64,000 bases of DNA, from assembly GCA_035084275.1 (NCBI GenBank), contig CM068775.1, positions 744,001-808,000 of the forward strand, read 5' to 3'. A program made the position numbers and the translations under genes. The DNA comes from Hydrolagus colliei. Taxonomy: Eukaryota. Within the stretch, counting starts at the first letter, position 1, and each line of letters starts with the position of its first letter. The notes below the pieces were generated by a model, which saw only the letters and a list, made by a program, of their open reading frames with translations, did no database searches and was not told the origin of the DNA. Below, piece after piece: positions 48,191 to 62,500 of this stretch.

Positions 48191-49166
48191 TAGGGACTGT
48201 CGATATGGAAATTTTCCAATTTAGATATATCGATGGGCTCATATCGAGATATACCGATGTATCGATATTTTCAGGGTTTTCGTACACCGCATTCGCGCGC
48301 GTCGCGAAGTGCGCGCGCATTCGGAGGTGCACGCGCATTCGGGGCCTATCTCCTCAGGAGGTAAATATCACTCTCTCTCTCTGTGTCTCTCACACTCACT
48401 CTCTCCATCTCTGTGTTTTTCTGTCTGTCTGTGTCTCTGTGTCTCTCTCCTCTCTCACATCCCCCCATCTCTATCTATCTGTATATTATCACATCACCCC
48501 CCATCTCTCCGCCGCTGTCCCTCTTTCCCCCCACCCCCCCACACCACTAACCCTCTCTCCCTCCACCTCCACTGCCGCCGTCCCTCTCTCCCCCCTCCCC
48601 CTCCTGCCACCGTCCCTCTCTCCCCCCCACCCTTCTGCCGCCATCCCTCTCTCCTCCTACACCCCCGCCTCCGTCCCTCTCTCCCCCCAACCCCATCGCC
48701 GCCATCCCTGTCTCCCACCCACCGCCACTGCCGTACCTCTCTCCACCCCCCGCCGCCGCCGTCCCTCTCTCCCTCTACCCCCACCACCACCGTCCCTGTC
48801 TCCCACCACCCCAACTGCTGTCCCTCTCTCCGCCCCCACCCGCCGCTGTCCCTCTCTCCCCACCCGCCATCTCTCTCCCCCACCCCCACCACCCCCGCTG
48901 TCTCTCTTCCCCCCACCCCACACCCCTTGTATACCTGTATATTGTATTCGAGGACTATGAATACAATATGGCAGCTTGCATCTCAGTCTGTGCATTGTGT
49001 GTAGAGATGAGCATTCTGAGTCTTGTAGTTCAGTGCACGCGCATTCTGTTTTTTTTGATATATCGACTTTTTCGCTATATCGATATATTGAAAATGTTTA
49101 TGTCGGCAGATCGATATGAAGATTGTATCAAATATAACCGATATATTGATATATAGCTGGAACCTA
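48191..49166. mobile_element. Non-autonomous hAT-like DNA element with C-rich internal minisatellite
   Basis: Starts TAGGG and ends CCTA; subterminal ATCGAT/ATCGA repeats at both ends; CpG-rich; no matching 8-bp TSD seen. Confidence 0.6.
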
Positions 49167-50870
49167 GCGAGCAGTAATTGTAAGGAATAGACTTCCCAGG
49201 GAGATGGTGGAAAGAAAATGTGTTGAATCTTTCAAAAGGAAATTGATAGATCTATTTTACGAAATAGGGGATACTGTATATAGTTTGGGACATGACGTGT
49301 GCATGTGACTGCCAGGATGATGGAAGGTGAACTGGATGGACCATAACCTTCTATCAACTAGCAATTGTTATGTTTGTATGTTATTCCTACGTTGACAAAC
49401 TGATGTGTTACAGTGGATTATCTCAGATTAAAAGGGATTATAACTAAGGATGTTAAACATACTGAACACAGGATAGATCAAGGGTTGTGCTTTTGTTTTA
49501 GCAGAATAATCAAGGTACACATTGCAGCACATTTCTGCACTAAGAATGTTATCAGGTTTCCCTCCCACTGTCCCTCCGCCTCGCCCCTCCCTGGCCTCCT
49601 TCAAGTCCCTCCTCAAGACTCCTCTTTGATGGTCACATTGGTAACTCATAATCCCCCCATTCACTCCCCCACTCCTGTCCCCAGCTTGAGTCTGAAACAG
49701 TGACTGTCCAGCACCTCGGGACATCTTCCTATAAAAGTGCTATACAAGTTTACTTTTATTGTGTTCTTGTTGTTCAACAACAACAACTTCAATTTATATA
49801 GCGCCACATCTAAATTGTTCATCATGTATCAAATAGAATTAGCTGCTTAGACATACAAAAGAGGGAACTTGGATGAACAAAGGGAACCTATATGGTATAT
49901 TGGGAGAGAGATGGGATAATTTTATACGAGAGATGAATAAATACTCATTTGGAAAAAAACGACAGGCAGCAACGGCCAAAAAAACGTGAAACCAAATGTG
50001 CTTCTGTGCAGGGACATTCTGTGTTACTGTGAAATGCTGACAAGTGAGGGCTGCTATATAAACACAACTTGTTGTTGTGTAAAACAGCAATGTACTGTGA
50101 CATTTATAACTACAATCATGTGGTTTCAAATGATATTTCCTTGTTGCGCTCACTCTTTTACTTAAATCTGCACCATCCATCCTGCATTCAAGCATTTAGT
50201 GTGAAAACAGTAAAATAATTACACTTGGAAAACAAAAGCAGCTGCTGATCACTGGATCAGCAGCTAAGACTACTAAGACACAACTCAAGCGGAAACATTG
50301 ATGGCGTTCTCAGCAAAACCCTAACTGATGTTGGACAGTTCATTTAACAGCTTTTGTTTAATGCTGAGCTTCTGTGTATCTGAACCATTTGGAAATCAGA
50401 AGCCAAGACACACTTGAGACAAAATTAACAGGAAAGAGAGGGAACAAACAGCTCACTAAGTTTGATCATTTATTGATAATTCAGGCAAACAAGCATACAG
50501 TGTCTGTAGGCACTATGATACAGGAGCAGAATACAATATGTACAGCTTCAGATTGAAATCAAAGGACAGAGTATAACAGCCTCTGTCTTTCTGTATCATT
50601 ACACCTCACACATGGTAAACAGCAAATAAAGAATATCAGATAGGTGTGATGTTAAATGAAATCCCAACATGATTTGTTATTCCCAAAAGCCCACTGTAAT
50701 ATGAACCAACAATAAGAAAAGTCACTAAAATTCATGGAGCTGCACAATACTATGTTTAATTCCTGTGATTTTGTAAAATGTGTGAAACAAAACATCACAT
50801 AATCCGTCACAAGACATTGGTGATAAACATAAACACACGAGGCACATCTGTGACGTTAAGGTTAAGAAAC

Positions 50871-50879
50871 TCATTTTAC
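50871..50879 (-). CDS. IGHM: IgM TM2 exon, copy 2
   Basis: Identical to 1404-1412. Confidence 0.85.
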   Translation of the reverse strand, partial: VK

Positions 50880-52241
50880 CTGGAAAATAGAAGTAAACAT
50901 AGGATCAATAATTTCAGCCTTTGTGGCAAGATGGTATTTAAGTTTGTTTTTATTGATGTATAATAATCCACAGATAGATGCACACACACATACAACTGAT
51001 AAGAATAAGAATAATCCTTGCATTTGATATAGCGCTTTTCACTTCTTGTATCTGTTTCAAAATATATCACAGAATATACCATAAAATCAATTGACTCTAT
51101 AATTGTGGGTGAAACGTGGCAGCCAATTGCACACAGCATTTTCCCACAAACGGTCGTGGATTGAAATGACCAATTTTTATTATTGCTTTTTTGAAGGGAT
51201 TATTATTAGGCATGTTGAGTAAGGACATTTTCCCAAGGTTTAGCACTGACTTGACTGGATTTGAACACATGTCTCACACAGCTTGTAAGGCAAATGCTCT
51301 AACCATTGAGCTGCAGGACTGAGCTACATTAATAATAATAATAATAATTATAATCCTTGCATTTGATATAGCGCTTTCCACATCTTATCAACGTCCCAAA
51401 GCGCTTCACAGAATATACTGTAAGGTGAATTGACTGTATATATTTGTGGGCAATTGCGTACAGCAGTGTCCCACACACAGTCGTGGATTGAAATGACCAA
51501 TTTTATTATTGTGTTTTTTTGAAGGGATTAATATTAGGCGTGTGGAGTAAGGAAACTTGCCCAAGGTTTCGCCCTGACCTGCCTGGATTTGAACACAGGT
51601 CTCCCCAGCTTGGTTTCCCCAGCTTGCAAGATATCAATCAATCAAAACTAACATTTATATAGTGCCTTTTACGTCAAGAGGACGTCCCAAGGCACTGTAC
51701 AGTTAGGTAGGGACAAGACCAGGGGGGGAGGGGTCAGAAATGAAGAAAGGTAGGAATGGTAGGAAAACTGAAGAAATGTTGAAGAAAAATGAAGAAAGTT
51801 AGGAAATATATTTGGCTGCAGTGTTTCACCCACAAATATACTTTCGGCTTTCCTGCTCTCCTTCCTCCTACCCCGACCCATCCCCTAGCCATCTTTCCCC
51901 ACTTTTTCTCCCAATCCCACTTCAATGACTGTTTGTGGGAAAAATGAAGAAAGGTAGAAAATATATTTGGGTGACACGTTTCACCCACAAATATACATTC
52001 GGCTTCCCTGCTCTCCTTCTGCCTACCCCGACCCATCCCCTTGCCATCTTTCCCCCCCTTTTCCCCTAATCCCACTTCAATGACTGTTTGTGATCCCACA
52101 CAATGATCCTGCCCTGTAAGGACAGATAGAGTTTCCCAGTGCAGTGGCTGTAATTAGAATCACTATTAGTGTTGCCATGCACAAGTATTTAACAGTAGCT
52201 GTTATATCACCTCATGGTATCAATGAATTTACTCTCCTCAC

Positions 52242-52372
52242 CTTAATTAGAGTGATGGTGGCACTATAGAACATACTCAGGAAGAAGAGGATGATGAAGG
52301 TGGAAGCAGTAGGCCAGAGGTTGCCACTTTCATCAGGTGGGAAACCTTCCAGCATCATCTCAGTTGGGAAAT
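52242..52372 (-). CDS. IGHM: IgM TM1 exon, copy 2
   Basis: Matches 2761-2891, splice sites intact. Confidence 0.95.
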
Positions 52373-54713
52373 CTGTGAGGATAAAGGATAAGAAATATAT
52401 TCAGAGGAGATTGAAACCTGAGACTTTTCTTCTTTTCCCTGTTTGATTATTAATGTATATAAAGTTTCCTAGTTGTTCACGGGCTCCCTTCCCTCTATTG
52501 AACTACACAGAACCTCCTGCCAATTCTTCCAAGCTTTTAATATTAAGAGAAATAAAGAAGAGATTGATTTAATCATTTGTGTGTTTGTTCCCAACAAATT
52601 GTTGTATCCATTGCATTGGGAAAAGTGAATCTGTGGAATTACAGAGAACGGAAATCCTTCCATTGAGACTCTGCAGGTAGAGCAAGGACAGACCTGCTCC
52701 AATCCTCCAATTCCACCTTCTGCCTGTTCTTTCGCACATTTACATGGTGACTATTGATACCATTTGAAATTCCTTCACATTATGATATTGTGATAAAGAA
52801 TCCTATATTCTAAAAGATCTCTATATAAAAATCCACTCTGCCTTTAGTGACTTTCCTGTATGTTTTATCCCGTTTGTATGGATACAATTGTCTTTCACTC
52901 TGTGAGTCTTTCAAAACCGTCATACATTTGAAAACTTGTGTTTGATTCTCTTCACTTGTTCTTTTTATGAGAACAGCCACAATGTTTGCAGCTGATCTTC
53001 ATCACTGGAAACGCCAATCACCAGGATCATCTTTGTGATCTTTGTGAAACTTCTCTAAACCCTCTCAGCGGCTCCTATGTCCTTGGTATAATAGTGTCCA
53101 GAACTGCACACAGTAACTCCCCTCACAATCCTGCTAACTTTATATGTCATTGGCTATCGATTACCAGTGTGAAACACACATAATCCATCTTGATGGCCTT
53201 TTGGATACACACTTGTATCTACTTATACTGCAAGCTCTCTCCCATTTCACATTTAATACTATTATTTTGCTGTAATTCCTGTAGCAAATTTTTTTCGAAC
53301 TGGTGTCTATATCAATATCTATGTCAAAATGTCTATATCAAATAGTTAACATGGTTGTAAAGCAACAACAACAACAATTTACATTTATATAGCGCCTTTC
53401 ACGTCGGGAGGACGTCCCAAGGCGCTAAACAAGAGGCGTTTGACCCGAGCTGGGATGGGAGTGTTTGGGAAGGGGTGAAACACGAAGGGGAGGTAAAAGA
53501 GTTCAGGGTGGAACAAAAGGCACGATCGAAGAGGAAAGTCTTCAAATCGGCCTTGAAAGAGGAAAGTGAAGAGGCGAAACGGAGGGATTGAGGGATGGCA
53601 TTCCATAAGGTGGGAGCGGAGAAACTGAAGGCCCGGCCTCCGATGGTGGGGCGGTTCGGGCGGGGGGCTTGGAGCAGGCCAAGTCCTGTTGAACGGAGGG
53701 TCCGGGTGGTCGTGTAGGGGGAGAGTAGATCGGTTAGGTAGGATGGGGCAAGGCCGTGTAAGGCCTTGTAAAGCAATAGAGGAACTGACACAAACATCTA
53801 GGGAAACAAACTAAAGGGATTGAGGATTAAGTGTAACAGGGTTCATCTTTGAGCGCTATTGATTAGCACCTTTGCTGCCTGTGGCCGGCCGTGTGAGGCT
53901 GATTGGGGAAGGGATCAGATACTGGCCCTCACTGTCAAGATGATGTTTCGTATCTTAAAGAACAATAACATGGACCATATTGTCAAACAACTGCAGATAG
54001 ACTTCCAGTAAAATGAGTAACAGTAAAAGTAAGCTGTGTTTGTAACAGCAACGTATAAAAGGGGAGAAGTGAGTCTCCTGCCTGACCAAGAGCTGCAGCA
54101 ATGTGATCAGTTTAGTGTGAGTGTGTGTGAGGGCCTGGATGATACTGAGTCTGCGTGGGCCTAAGTGATTGTGTGAGTTGGGGTGGGGGGGGAGGGGGGG
54201 ATGTATCTGGGTGATTGTGATGGTGTGTGAGCAATGGGTGATTGTGAATGTCTGTGAGTTTGTGTGTTTGCTTGTGGCCTGCATGATTATGAGTGTGTGA
54301 TAGGGGGTGCTGGGTGATTTTGAGTGTGTTTTAGTGAGTGGGCTTGGGTGAGTGTGAGTGTATGTGTGAGCCAGGTTGATTGTCAGTGCGTGTGTGGATC
54401 TGTGTTATTGCGAGTCTGTGCGAGTATGTGAACCTGCGTGAATGTGAGTGTATGTTAGTGTGTGTGGATCTGGATGAGTGTGAGTGTTTATGGGCATGGG
54501 TAGATGTGAATGTATATGTATGAGTGTGTGTGGGTCTGGGTGCGTGAGTGTGTTTAGGTCTGGGTGGATGTGAATAAGTGTGTGTCTGTGTGTGTGTCTA
54601 AGTATGTGTGTGTTCAAGTGAATATGTTGCTGTTCCCAGATCTGTTTCTGGCTATGTAAGAAGTATTGGTTTTAACAGGAAATATGGTCAAAAACATGCC
54701 AGAGTTTGCATCC

Positions 54714-54790
54714 CCCTTGTAAAAAAAAGTACCATGTTAATGGTGGTAGTAGCATGACAGTACCATTATCATGGTACTTTTTTACAAGGG
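54714..54790. mobile_element. 77-bp MITE-like element, copy 2
   Basis: Matches 5232-5308. Confidence 0.7.
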
Positions 54791-55627
54791 CCGAGATGTT
54801 GTCACGTGTGGAATGTGATGTTATTCAGTGAAAAAGAAAATATCCTGGAAGGGATCAGGTGTAGCTTTCCTGCACAATTCCAAAACACAATTCTGACTGA
54901 GATTGGATGGTAACTAGTGATGTAGAATGATTTGGGACAATTCTATTAACTTTTGTTTGGCCAGCTGGATGTCTTTCACATTTGGAAACCCATCCCCAGG
55001 CGTAAGGGAATCCAAACCAAACTGACTGTTCTATTAACTTGCTACTAACATTGCTTCAAACAAAAGATACAGGAACAACAACAGCTTGCACTTATATACT
55101 GCCCTCCAAGCTGGTAAGCGTCTCAGAGCACTTAACAGTGGTGCAGTCTAACTATGAGCTTGAGGGGGATTGGGGGTAGGTGCCCATGAGCATCGACGAG
55201 GAGGAAGCATTTCAGGTGGGATATGAAAAGGTGGACAGATTCGGGCAAGGTGGAGAGAATGAGGAAGAGTGTTCCAGTGTTTGGGGGCCTAATGGTTGAA
55301 AGCGTGACCTCTGATGGTGAGACGGAGGGTGTGAGGGACAAGCAGGAGGCCAGTGCCAGTCGAGTGAGGCTCCGGGTGGTGGTTGGGGGTTGGGGGAGTG
55401 AGGAGATGGGGAAGGTGCCAGGGAGTGAGTGGATTCCAGAGGATCATTCCTCACTCTGGATATTGTGTGTATAATTAATGATTCATTTTAAACCATCCCC
55501 TCTGTACCTGACTCATCAATACAATAATGATCTTTATTTCAGTTACTTTTTCATGACTCCAAACTGACAATGCAATGGTAGGGAGGTGAATGCACAAGAG
55601 AATAAGCAAAATGGTATTGAGGGAAGC

Positions 55628-56019
55628 TCATTGACAAGCATTCACTGTGTCCATCTGGACAAGGGAAATGTTTACAAAACTGGGTTTACCGCTGCATTTA
55701 TTCACAGCTCTGGTCAGGGTCTTTAGTGGGAAAGATTCATGTCCGACCACACAGGAGTAGGTGTGTCCCCGGTCCCAGTCTTCGGCTGAGATGGTTAACA
55801 TACTGTACATGGAGTAGTTGTGATCTGCACTGGCTGCCATCACCTCAGTGTTCATGTAGTTGCTGGCATCAATCACCTGGTCATTAACAGCCCACTCCAC
55901 AAAGATCTCTTTGGGAGTGAAGTCCTTCACCAGGCAGGTCAGGGTGACAGACTGATGAGTAGACAATTCTTCTGCCGAGGGGAGGAGCAGATACACTGAA
56001 GGTTGTTTCATGTGCAGAA
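55628..56019 (-). CDS. IGHM: IgM Cmu4 plus secretory tail, copy 2
   Basis: Same translation as copy 1. Confidence 0.97.
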
Positions 56020-56492
56020 CTGTGGGAAGAATACAATCAAATCAATACACTAATGGGGTCAATCAGAGGAAACCTTCAAGCACAAGATACAGCAGAACAA
56101 GCTGAGAATGATATGTGTCTCTGTTCATTTTGTGCTCAGTGATTTGTAATTGTTGGTGTGACTGGGAACACTGGTGTGTATTGATATCTCCCAACAGTAC
56201 TTTATTATTTGCATCCAGTGACCAGTGGATTAGATGTGGCTGCGTTTTCTCTGTGAAAACATGTTTAGATAATCTCCAGATAAAATGCTTAGATTATTTT
56301 AGATATTAATCACGTGAGTGAATGTAGTTATCACTTTATATAAGGGTGTATTTTCTGGTCTTTGTGGAGGGGACAAATCTACTGACATACAGAAAAAATC
56401 CGACAGATTTTTTGATTGTTTTCACATTTGTCCAGACTCTGAAGTTACAGTAACCAAATAAATTATATATTTGCTGAAACCTGGCTCCTTAC

Positions 56493-56801
56493 CTTCCCTC
56501 TTAACTATCTTTTCTCTGATGGGAGTTGGCATATCTTCATGGCTGGCAATGCAGTTGAATTCTTTCCCACTAATCCAGTCGTGTGTAGAAATGTTTAATT
56601 CACTGATCACTTCCTGAGGCTCAGTGGCAGACTGTTTCCCATGTCCAGACTGTAAAGTTGTCTGTCCTTGTGTCCAATCCACATTGACGTCAAGTGGTGA
56701 ATTAGTCACAATACAGGTCAGAATTACAGAGGATTCCATCAAAACCTGTTTCTGTGAAGGTGGCAAGAAAGAGACCTTGACATCTCCGTGATCCACACAT
56801 T
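56493..56801 (-). CDS. IGHM: IgM Cmu3 exon, copy 2
   Basis: Same translation as copy 1. Confidence 0.96.
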
Positions 56802-58008
56802 CTGGAAAAGGAAAAAGAAGCAACAACAAAATTACACCTGTAATTTGTAAGGATGTGCCAAGGTGCTGGACAGTCAGGGGTCCAGATATGTCCATGGGGG
56901 AGGGGTTTGGACAGGGTTGGGTGATTGAGTGCGGAGAATCATGTGTGTGGCTGAGGGCATGGTCCAAATGGAATGTCTTCAGTCTGGCCTTGAAGGAGCC
57001 AAGGATAGGAGCATGGTGAAGGGATCATGGGATGGAGTTCACCTGGCTAGGGGCAGAGAGGCTGAAAGCCCGGTTGTCAGTGGTAGGGCTTGACAGGCGA
57101 GACACATGGAGAAGGCGGTGTCTGGTGAATAGAGGGAGCAGATATAGAATCATAGAATTTTATGGCACAAAAGGAAGCCATTCGGCCCATCTGGTCTGTG
57201 CCGGCTGTTTGAAAAGAGCAGCTCAATCCCACTGCCCCACTTTCTCCCCATAACCTAACAGACCTCTTCTCCCTAAATAGTGATCTAATTCTCTTTTAAA
57301 AGCTGTTATCCAATTGGCCTCTACCACCTTTTCAGGTATTGCATTCCAGATTTGAACAACCTGCTGAGTGAAAACATTTCTCTTCAGCTCCCCTCTGCTT
57401 CGTTTTGAAACTATTTGAAATCTGTGCTCATGAGTTACAGATTCGCCCACCAGCGGAAACAGTTTTCCTGATTCACCCTGTCGAATCCCCTCATGATTTT
57501 ATGAACCTCTATTAGGTCTCCTCTCAACCTTCTCTGTTCCAAAGATAAAAATCTAGCCTATTTAGCCTTTCCCCACAACTGAAGTCCCTCAATCCTGGTA
57601 CCATTCTAGTAAACCTTCTTTGCACATGTTGAAAGCGAGTCAGCAGGTCAGAGACGGAGGAGGGGGCAAGTCTGTGGATGGCTTTCAAAGTGAGGAGCAG
57701 GATTTTGAATTCTTTCCTCTGAAGGATGGGGAGCCAGTGGAGCCAGGCTAGGGTAGGTGCGAGTGTGGGATTGATGGGGTCACAGGTTCTGGAGTGAAGT
57801 GTTGGGCAGGTTGACAAGGAGGGAGTTTCCATAGTGAAGCCTTGATGTGACAAATGCATGTACAAAGCTCACAAGCGCAATGTTCCCACTGAAATACACC
57901 AAAGGGACACAATACAAATGACCGTTAGAGCTCCCACAAGTGGACATTGGAAAGGAAACTGAGAGCCAGGTTGTTGCCATGTTTATCAGCTGGTGTAGCG
58001 CCACCTAC

Positions 58009-58338
58009 CTGAGGACTTGGTGATGTTCTTGACAATGATGGTCTGGGTGGGGACATGGGTCACCTGGCAAGTGTAAACCGCGTCGTTCCTCCAGTCTCTG
58101 GCGGGGACAGTCAGCCGGCTGCTGGTGCTGAATGTCCCATTGTCTTCTTTAACCGAGAGAGAGGTCACAACACCTGAGGTTATGATCTGCCAGTCCTTCA
58201 GCCAGTCAACCCTGAGTTTGTCTGGACGGAAACTGGATATTAAGCAGACAGCAGTGGCCTGTTTGTTCAGTGTGATGTCTTCAGGGGAAGTCTGTGTGAG
58301 GATCACAACTGGAGGTGATGGATCCTGGAGTAACTCAA
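58009..58338 (-). CDS. IGHM: IgM Cmu2 exon, copy 2
   Basis: Same translation as copy 1. Confidence 0.95.
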
Positions 58339-59268
58339 CTGCAAGACATTATATAAGAGGTTATGTTGTGTCAGATGCAAACATTTTCGGTTCGATGCAA
58401 TTGATATTAGTATTGAAGCATACATGGTGTGGACAGCTCTGCCTCATTGACTTGTCTGTGCTGGTCTTGTTAATGACTAAGAAAACTAGACACTATAATC
58501 TCCTCAATCATTGATTCTGATGTATTGCACTAAACTCTAAAATAAAACAGGGTTGAAGTTGGAAAAACCTCCATTCTCCCTTCCTGTCATTGAGCATTCC
58601 TTAATCCTTACTCTCCAAAGCCAGCTCGCTCTCCTTCTCTGACTTCCACCTTCCCTCTGTTGAGCGTGTAGTTTATCTGTATTTTGTCTTGCTGCGGGTC
58701 CATCTTTCCCCTGGTCCTACTGTGACTCGTGGTCACAGATTTAAAATAGTTTCAAGGCGCAGTAGAGGGGAGCTGAGGAGAAATGTTTTCACTCAGCGAG
58801 TTGTTCGAATCTGGAATGCATTGCCTGAAAAGGTGGTGGAGGCTGATTCGATAACAACTTTTAAAAGGGAATTAGATCTTTATTTAGGGAGAACAGGTCT
58901 ATTAGGCTATGGGGAGCGGGCAGTGCAGTGGGATTGAATCGCTCTTTTCAAAGAGCCGGCACAGACTAGATGGGCCGAATGGCCTCCTTTTGTGCCGTAA
59001 AATTCTATGTTTCTATGTTTCTATGTTTCTACTGAACTGGTTGGAGTCCTTTCTGTCTGTTCATATCTGTCAATTATCTCCAGGTAAAGCAGCACTCGGG
59101 AAATGAGTGTAACATTCCCAGGCCATTAAAGATTCTCTGTGATGGGAGTGTTCAAATAACCTGGTGAAGAAAACTGACAGACCCTTACCTTCAATGTCGA
59201 GTATTCTCACCTGAATGTTGTGGGAGTGACATGTCTGATTGTTCTGGACCTTGGAACACAAAACTAAC

Positions 59269-59571
59269 CTGGTAAAGGAATGTCCACATCTGGCCAGCTG
59301 CTGCTTTTAACCTTACAACGGATGTTGCTGTTGTCCATCTGGGATTCAGCGATTGTTAACTGGCTGCTAAGAGTGTAGAGACCGTTCTTGTTGAGCACTG
59401 AGGGATATGTCTTGACTTGGTCAGTGATGGAACGTCCATTTGATGTCCAGCTAAAAGTGGCCGGCTCAGGGTGGTAGTTGGTGGCCAGACACCAGAAAGT
59501 CACTGAGCCTCTAGAAGTGGATGGTCCACAGGATGGCAGCAGAGCATAAAGACTGGGAGGAGTAGGGACAG
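59269..59571 (-). CDS. IGHM: IgM Cmu1 exon, copy 2
   Basis: Differs from copy 1 by Asn>His (59473) and one silent change (59540). Confidence 0.96.
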
Positions 59572-62500
59572 CTGGAAACCAAGAGCAAAGTTGCATTCCA
59601 GTATCTTCAATTTGGTCAGACATACAGATAAACTGAAATAAACCTGTGACACAAATCAATGCAAGCTTGCCTTCATCACATTCAGGCTTGATTATACCAA
59701 GGCCATAATTGTCGGCATATCCAACTCCCATCTCCATAGTCTGTAGATCATCCAGAACTCTGTCTCACGTGTCTGCTACTGCTCCATGCTCCGTGACCCC
59801 ATCTCCCCCATTCTCACAGGAGTTTATTTGCTGCCCAAAACCAGGGGATTCATTTCAATATCCTGATCCTCACAAGCCCTCTGTGGCCTTACTCCACCCT
59901 ACTTCTGTGACGTCCTAACTCTCTACCAACATTCCCGCTCCCTCCAATAAGTGACCTCCGGCCTACTCTATGTGCCCCGACCCACCATCGGCGTGTGAGC
60001 CTTTAGCCACTCTGGCCCTACCCTCTGGAATTCCTTCCCCCAGTCTCTCTGCCTCACCACCTCCCTAGCCTACTTCAAGTCCCACCTCAGGACCCTCATC
60101 TTCAACAGTCCCATCCGCTCCTTTCCCTCCACCCTCCCCAATTCCAACTCCTGCTTGGGTCCAAAATATTGACTGTAATTCCTTGGGTGTCCTCCCAATG
60201 TGAAAGGCGCTAAACAAATGTAACTTTGTTGTTGTTGATGTTGTATGGATGTGTGTGTTTATGTGTATACGTGTTTATGTATGTATATATGTGTCTATGT
60301 ATGTGTATTTATTTGTATACGTTCTGTGTTTATTTGTATATGTATTGTATATGTGTGTGTGCATATGTGTAACTTTTTGAGTGCGTTTATAGGTGTGTTT
60401 GTGAGTTTGTTTGTGAGTTTGTTGGATTCCTGTAGCTCAATTATTGGAGCACTGGCTTTACATGTGAGTTATCTGGGTTCAATTCCTGGCAAGGTAAAAC
60501 CTTGGACAAGTTTCCTTATTCCATGCACCTGATAATAATCCTCAAGTTAAAAAAATATAATAACATTGGTCAATTGAATCCATGACTATTTGTGGGATAC
60601 TGCTGCGCACAATTGGCCAGCTAATTTGCCCACAAATGTACCTTACAGTATATTCTGGGTAGCGCTTTGAGACATCTGGAATATGTGAGAAGTGCTATAT
60701 CAAATCCATGGATTATTATGATGATGTACATATGAATGTGTTTGTCTGCCTGTATGCGTGTAAGTATGTGTTGAGATATTAAACCAAGGCCCAAGGCATT
60801 TAGTTGAATGTTAAAGAGCCCACGGAAATGTTCAAAAACAGAAGCTGGCTTCTCTCTCTCTCTCTCTACGTTTCTCTCTCTCCCTCTCACTCTCGCTCTC
60901 TCTCTCTCTCTCGCTCTTTCTCCGGTTGTCCTGGTCAACAATCATCTACATAAAATTTCACAATCACTTTAGGCCTGTTTGTGGGATATTGTTGTGCTCA
61001 ACTGGCTTCTATGTTTATTCCACAAAATACCATCACTCCACTTTACATTACATTGACTGCCTCCTTGTCTCTGTGCTGGTGGATCTCACTCTCAGATCCC
61101 TGAGTTATAGCGGGATTTATTCCTGCTCAATTGTGAATCTCTGTGTCACATTTCAATTGTGAAATGATTCACTAAAGGCAGAGATGTCTGTCCGGGAATC
61201 TGCATCGCCTGAGAAGCAGTTTAAAGTTACCACGTGACCAGTTTCAGTTTAGAAACACAGATTAAGACACTGTCTCTGTGATTTTAATATAATTGTAAAA
61301 TAAAATATTTACTGTTCTTACTCCGAGCAACAAAGTTTTAAAAATGTTAGGTCTCTGTGGCTGTTTGAAAAGCAGCTGAAATTTAAATGTTGCTGAATTA
61401 ATTTAATCTTAATTAAAATATTAATTAATTAAATGTTGTATTCAATTTGCCAATAGGTACTTGTTTCAAGATTACACAAACCTGCAGATAATCTTACACA
61501 TTTATACAATTGCTTGAAAATTTAAAAGTTGAGACTTTCTGATTTACTGACATTTATTCAAACAATTAATTCTGTTTAGCTAGATTACAAAATCACCACA
61601 ACCCATCAGACAGCCACTGTGTTGGCATTAAATTGGTATAATAAACAGTTATTTGACTAATTATGGATTATGGTCAATATTAACTCTTTTATCAACCAAA
61701 CTAGAGAAACCATACAATGCAATAACAACAACTTGCGCTAAAGCAGTCAGGATAGTGCCTCAGAGCACGTAACAGTGACAGATCCTGACAGAGAATAACC
61801 TGTGTTGTGCCCAGGACAAGATTCTCACAAGGAATCCTGTCTGACTTGTGATTGTGATCAGTGGAACCTGCAGCAGCCGCTGCCCCAATGCTAAATAGAG
61901 ACACAAATGTGTCCAGCACATCTTGGACTATCTGTGTCACACATCAGCTGTGAAATGGTTAAAGACACTGGTCTGTGTCCGGAGGAGTTGATGTCATTGA
62001 AGCTGCTTTGATTGACTTTTACATTCATATTTGACAAAATAATAATAATTCTGGAATTTAATATATTGCCTTTATTGCATCTTCAAAAAATCTCAAATTA
62101 TTTTGCAGAATACACTGTAAAGTGAATTAACCGTTTTTAAAATGAATCTGAGTAGCCAATTGTGCACAGCAGTGTCCCGCAAACAGCCATGGATTGAGTG
62201 ACCAAATTATTATTATTACTTTGATTGATTTATTAATTTTGGAAATATAATCCGCTAAAAGACAAACAAATGAGATCCTATTTACTGCTGGGTAAACAGT
62301 GTGTTTGTGTGTGTGTTTGTGGACTGAAGAAAATTGCCCAGTAGTTTGCCCTGATCAGCTCAGGAATCAAACCCAGGTCCTCTCATTTGGGATCACTGAG
62401 CACCATGTGTAAGAACATAAGAACATAATAATTAGGAGCAGGAGTAGGCCATTCGGCCCTTCGAGCCTGCTCCACCATTCAATAAGATCATGGCTGATCT

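Noticed and set aside
48205-49004. Long Pro/Ser- and Gly/Arg-rich ORFs (up to 251 aa)
   Set aside because: Overlapping frames on both strands of a C-rich minisatellite inside a DNA element; low complexity, no domain.
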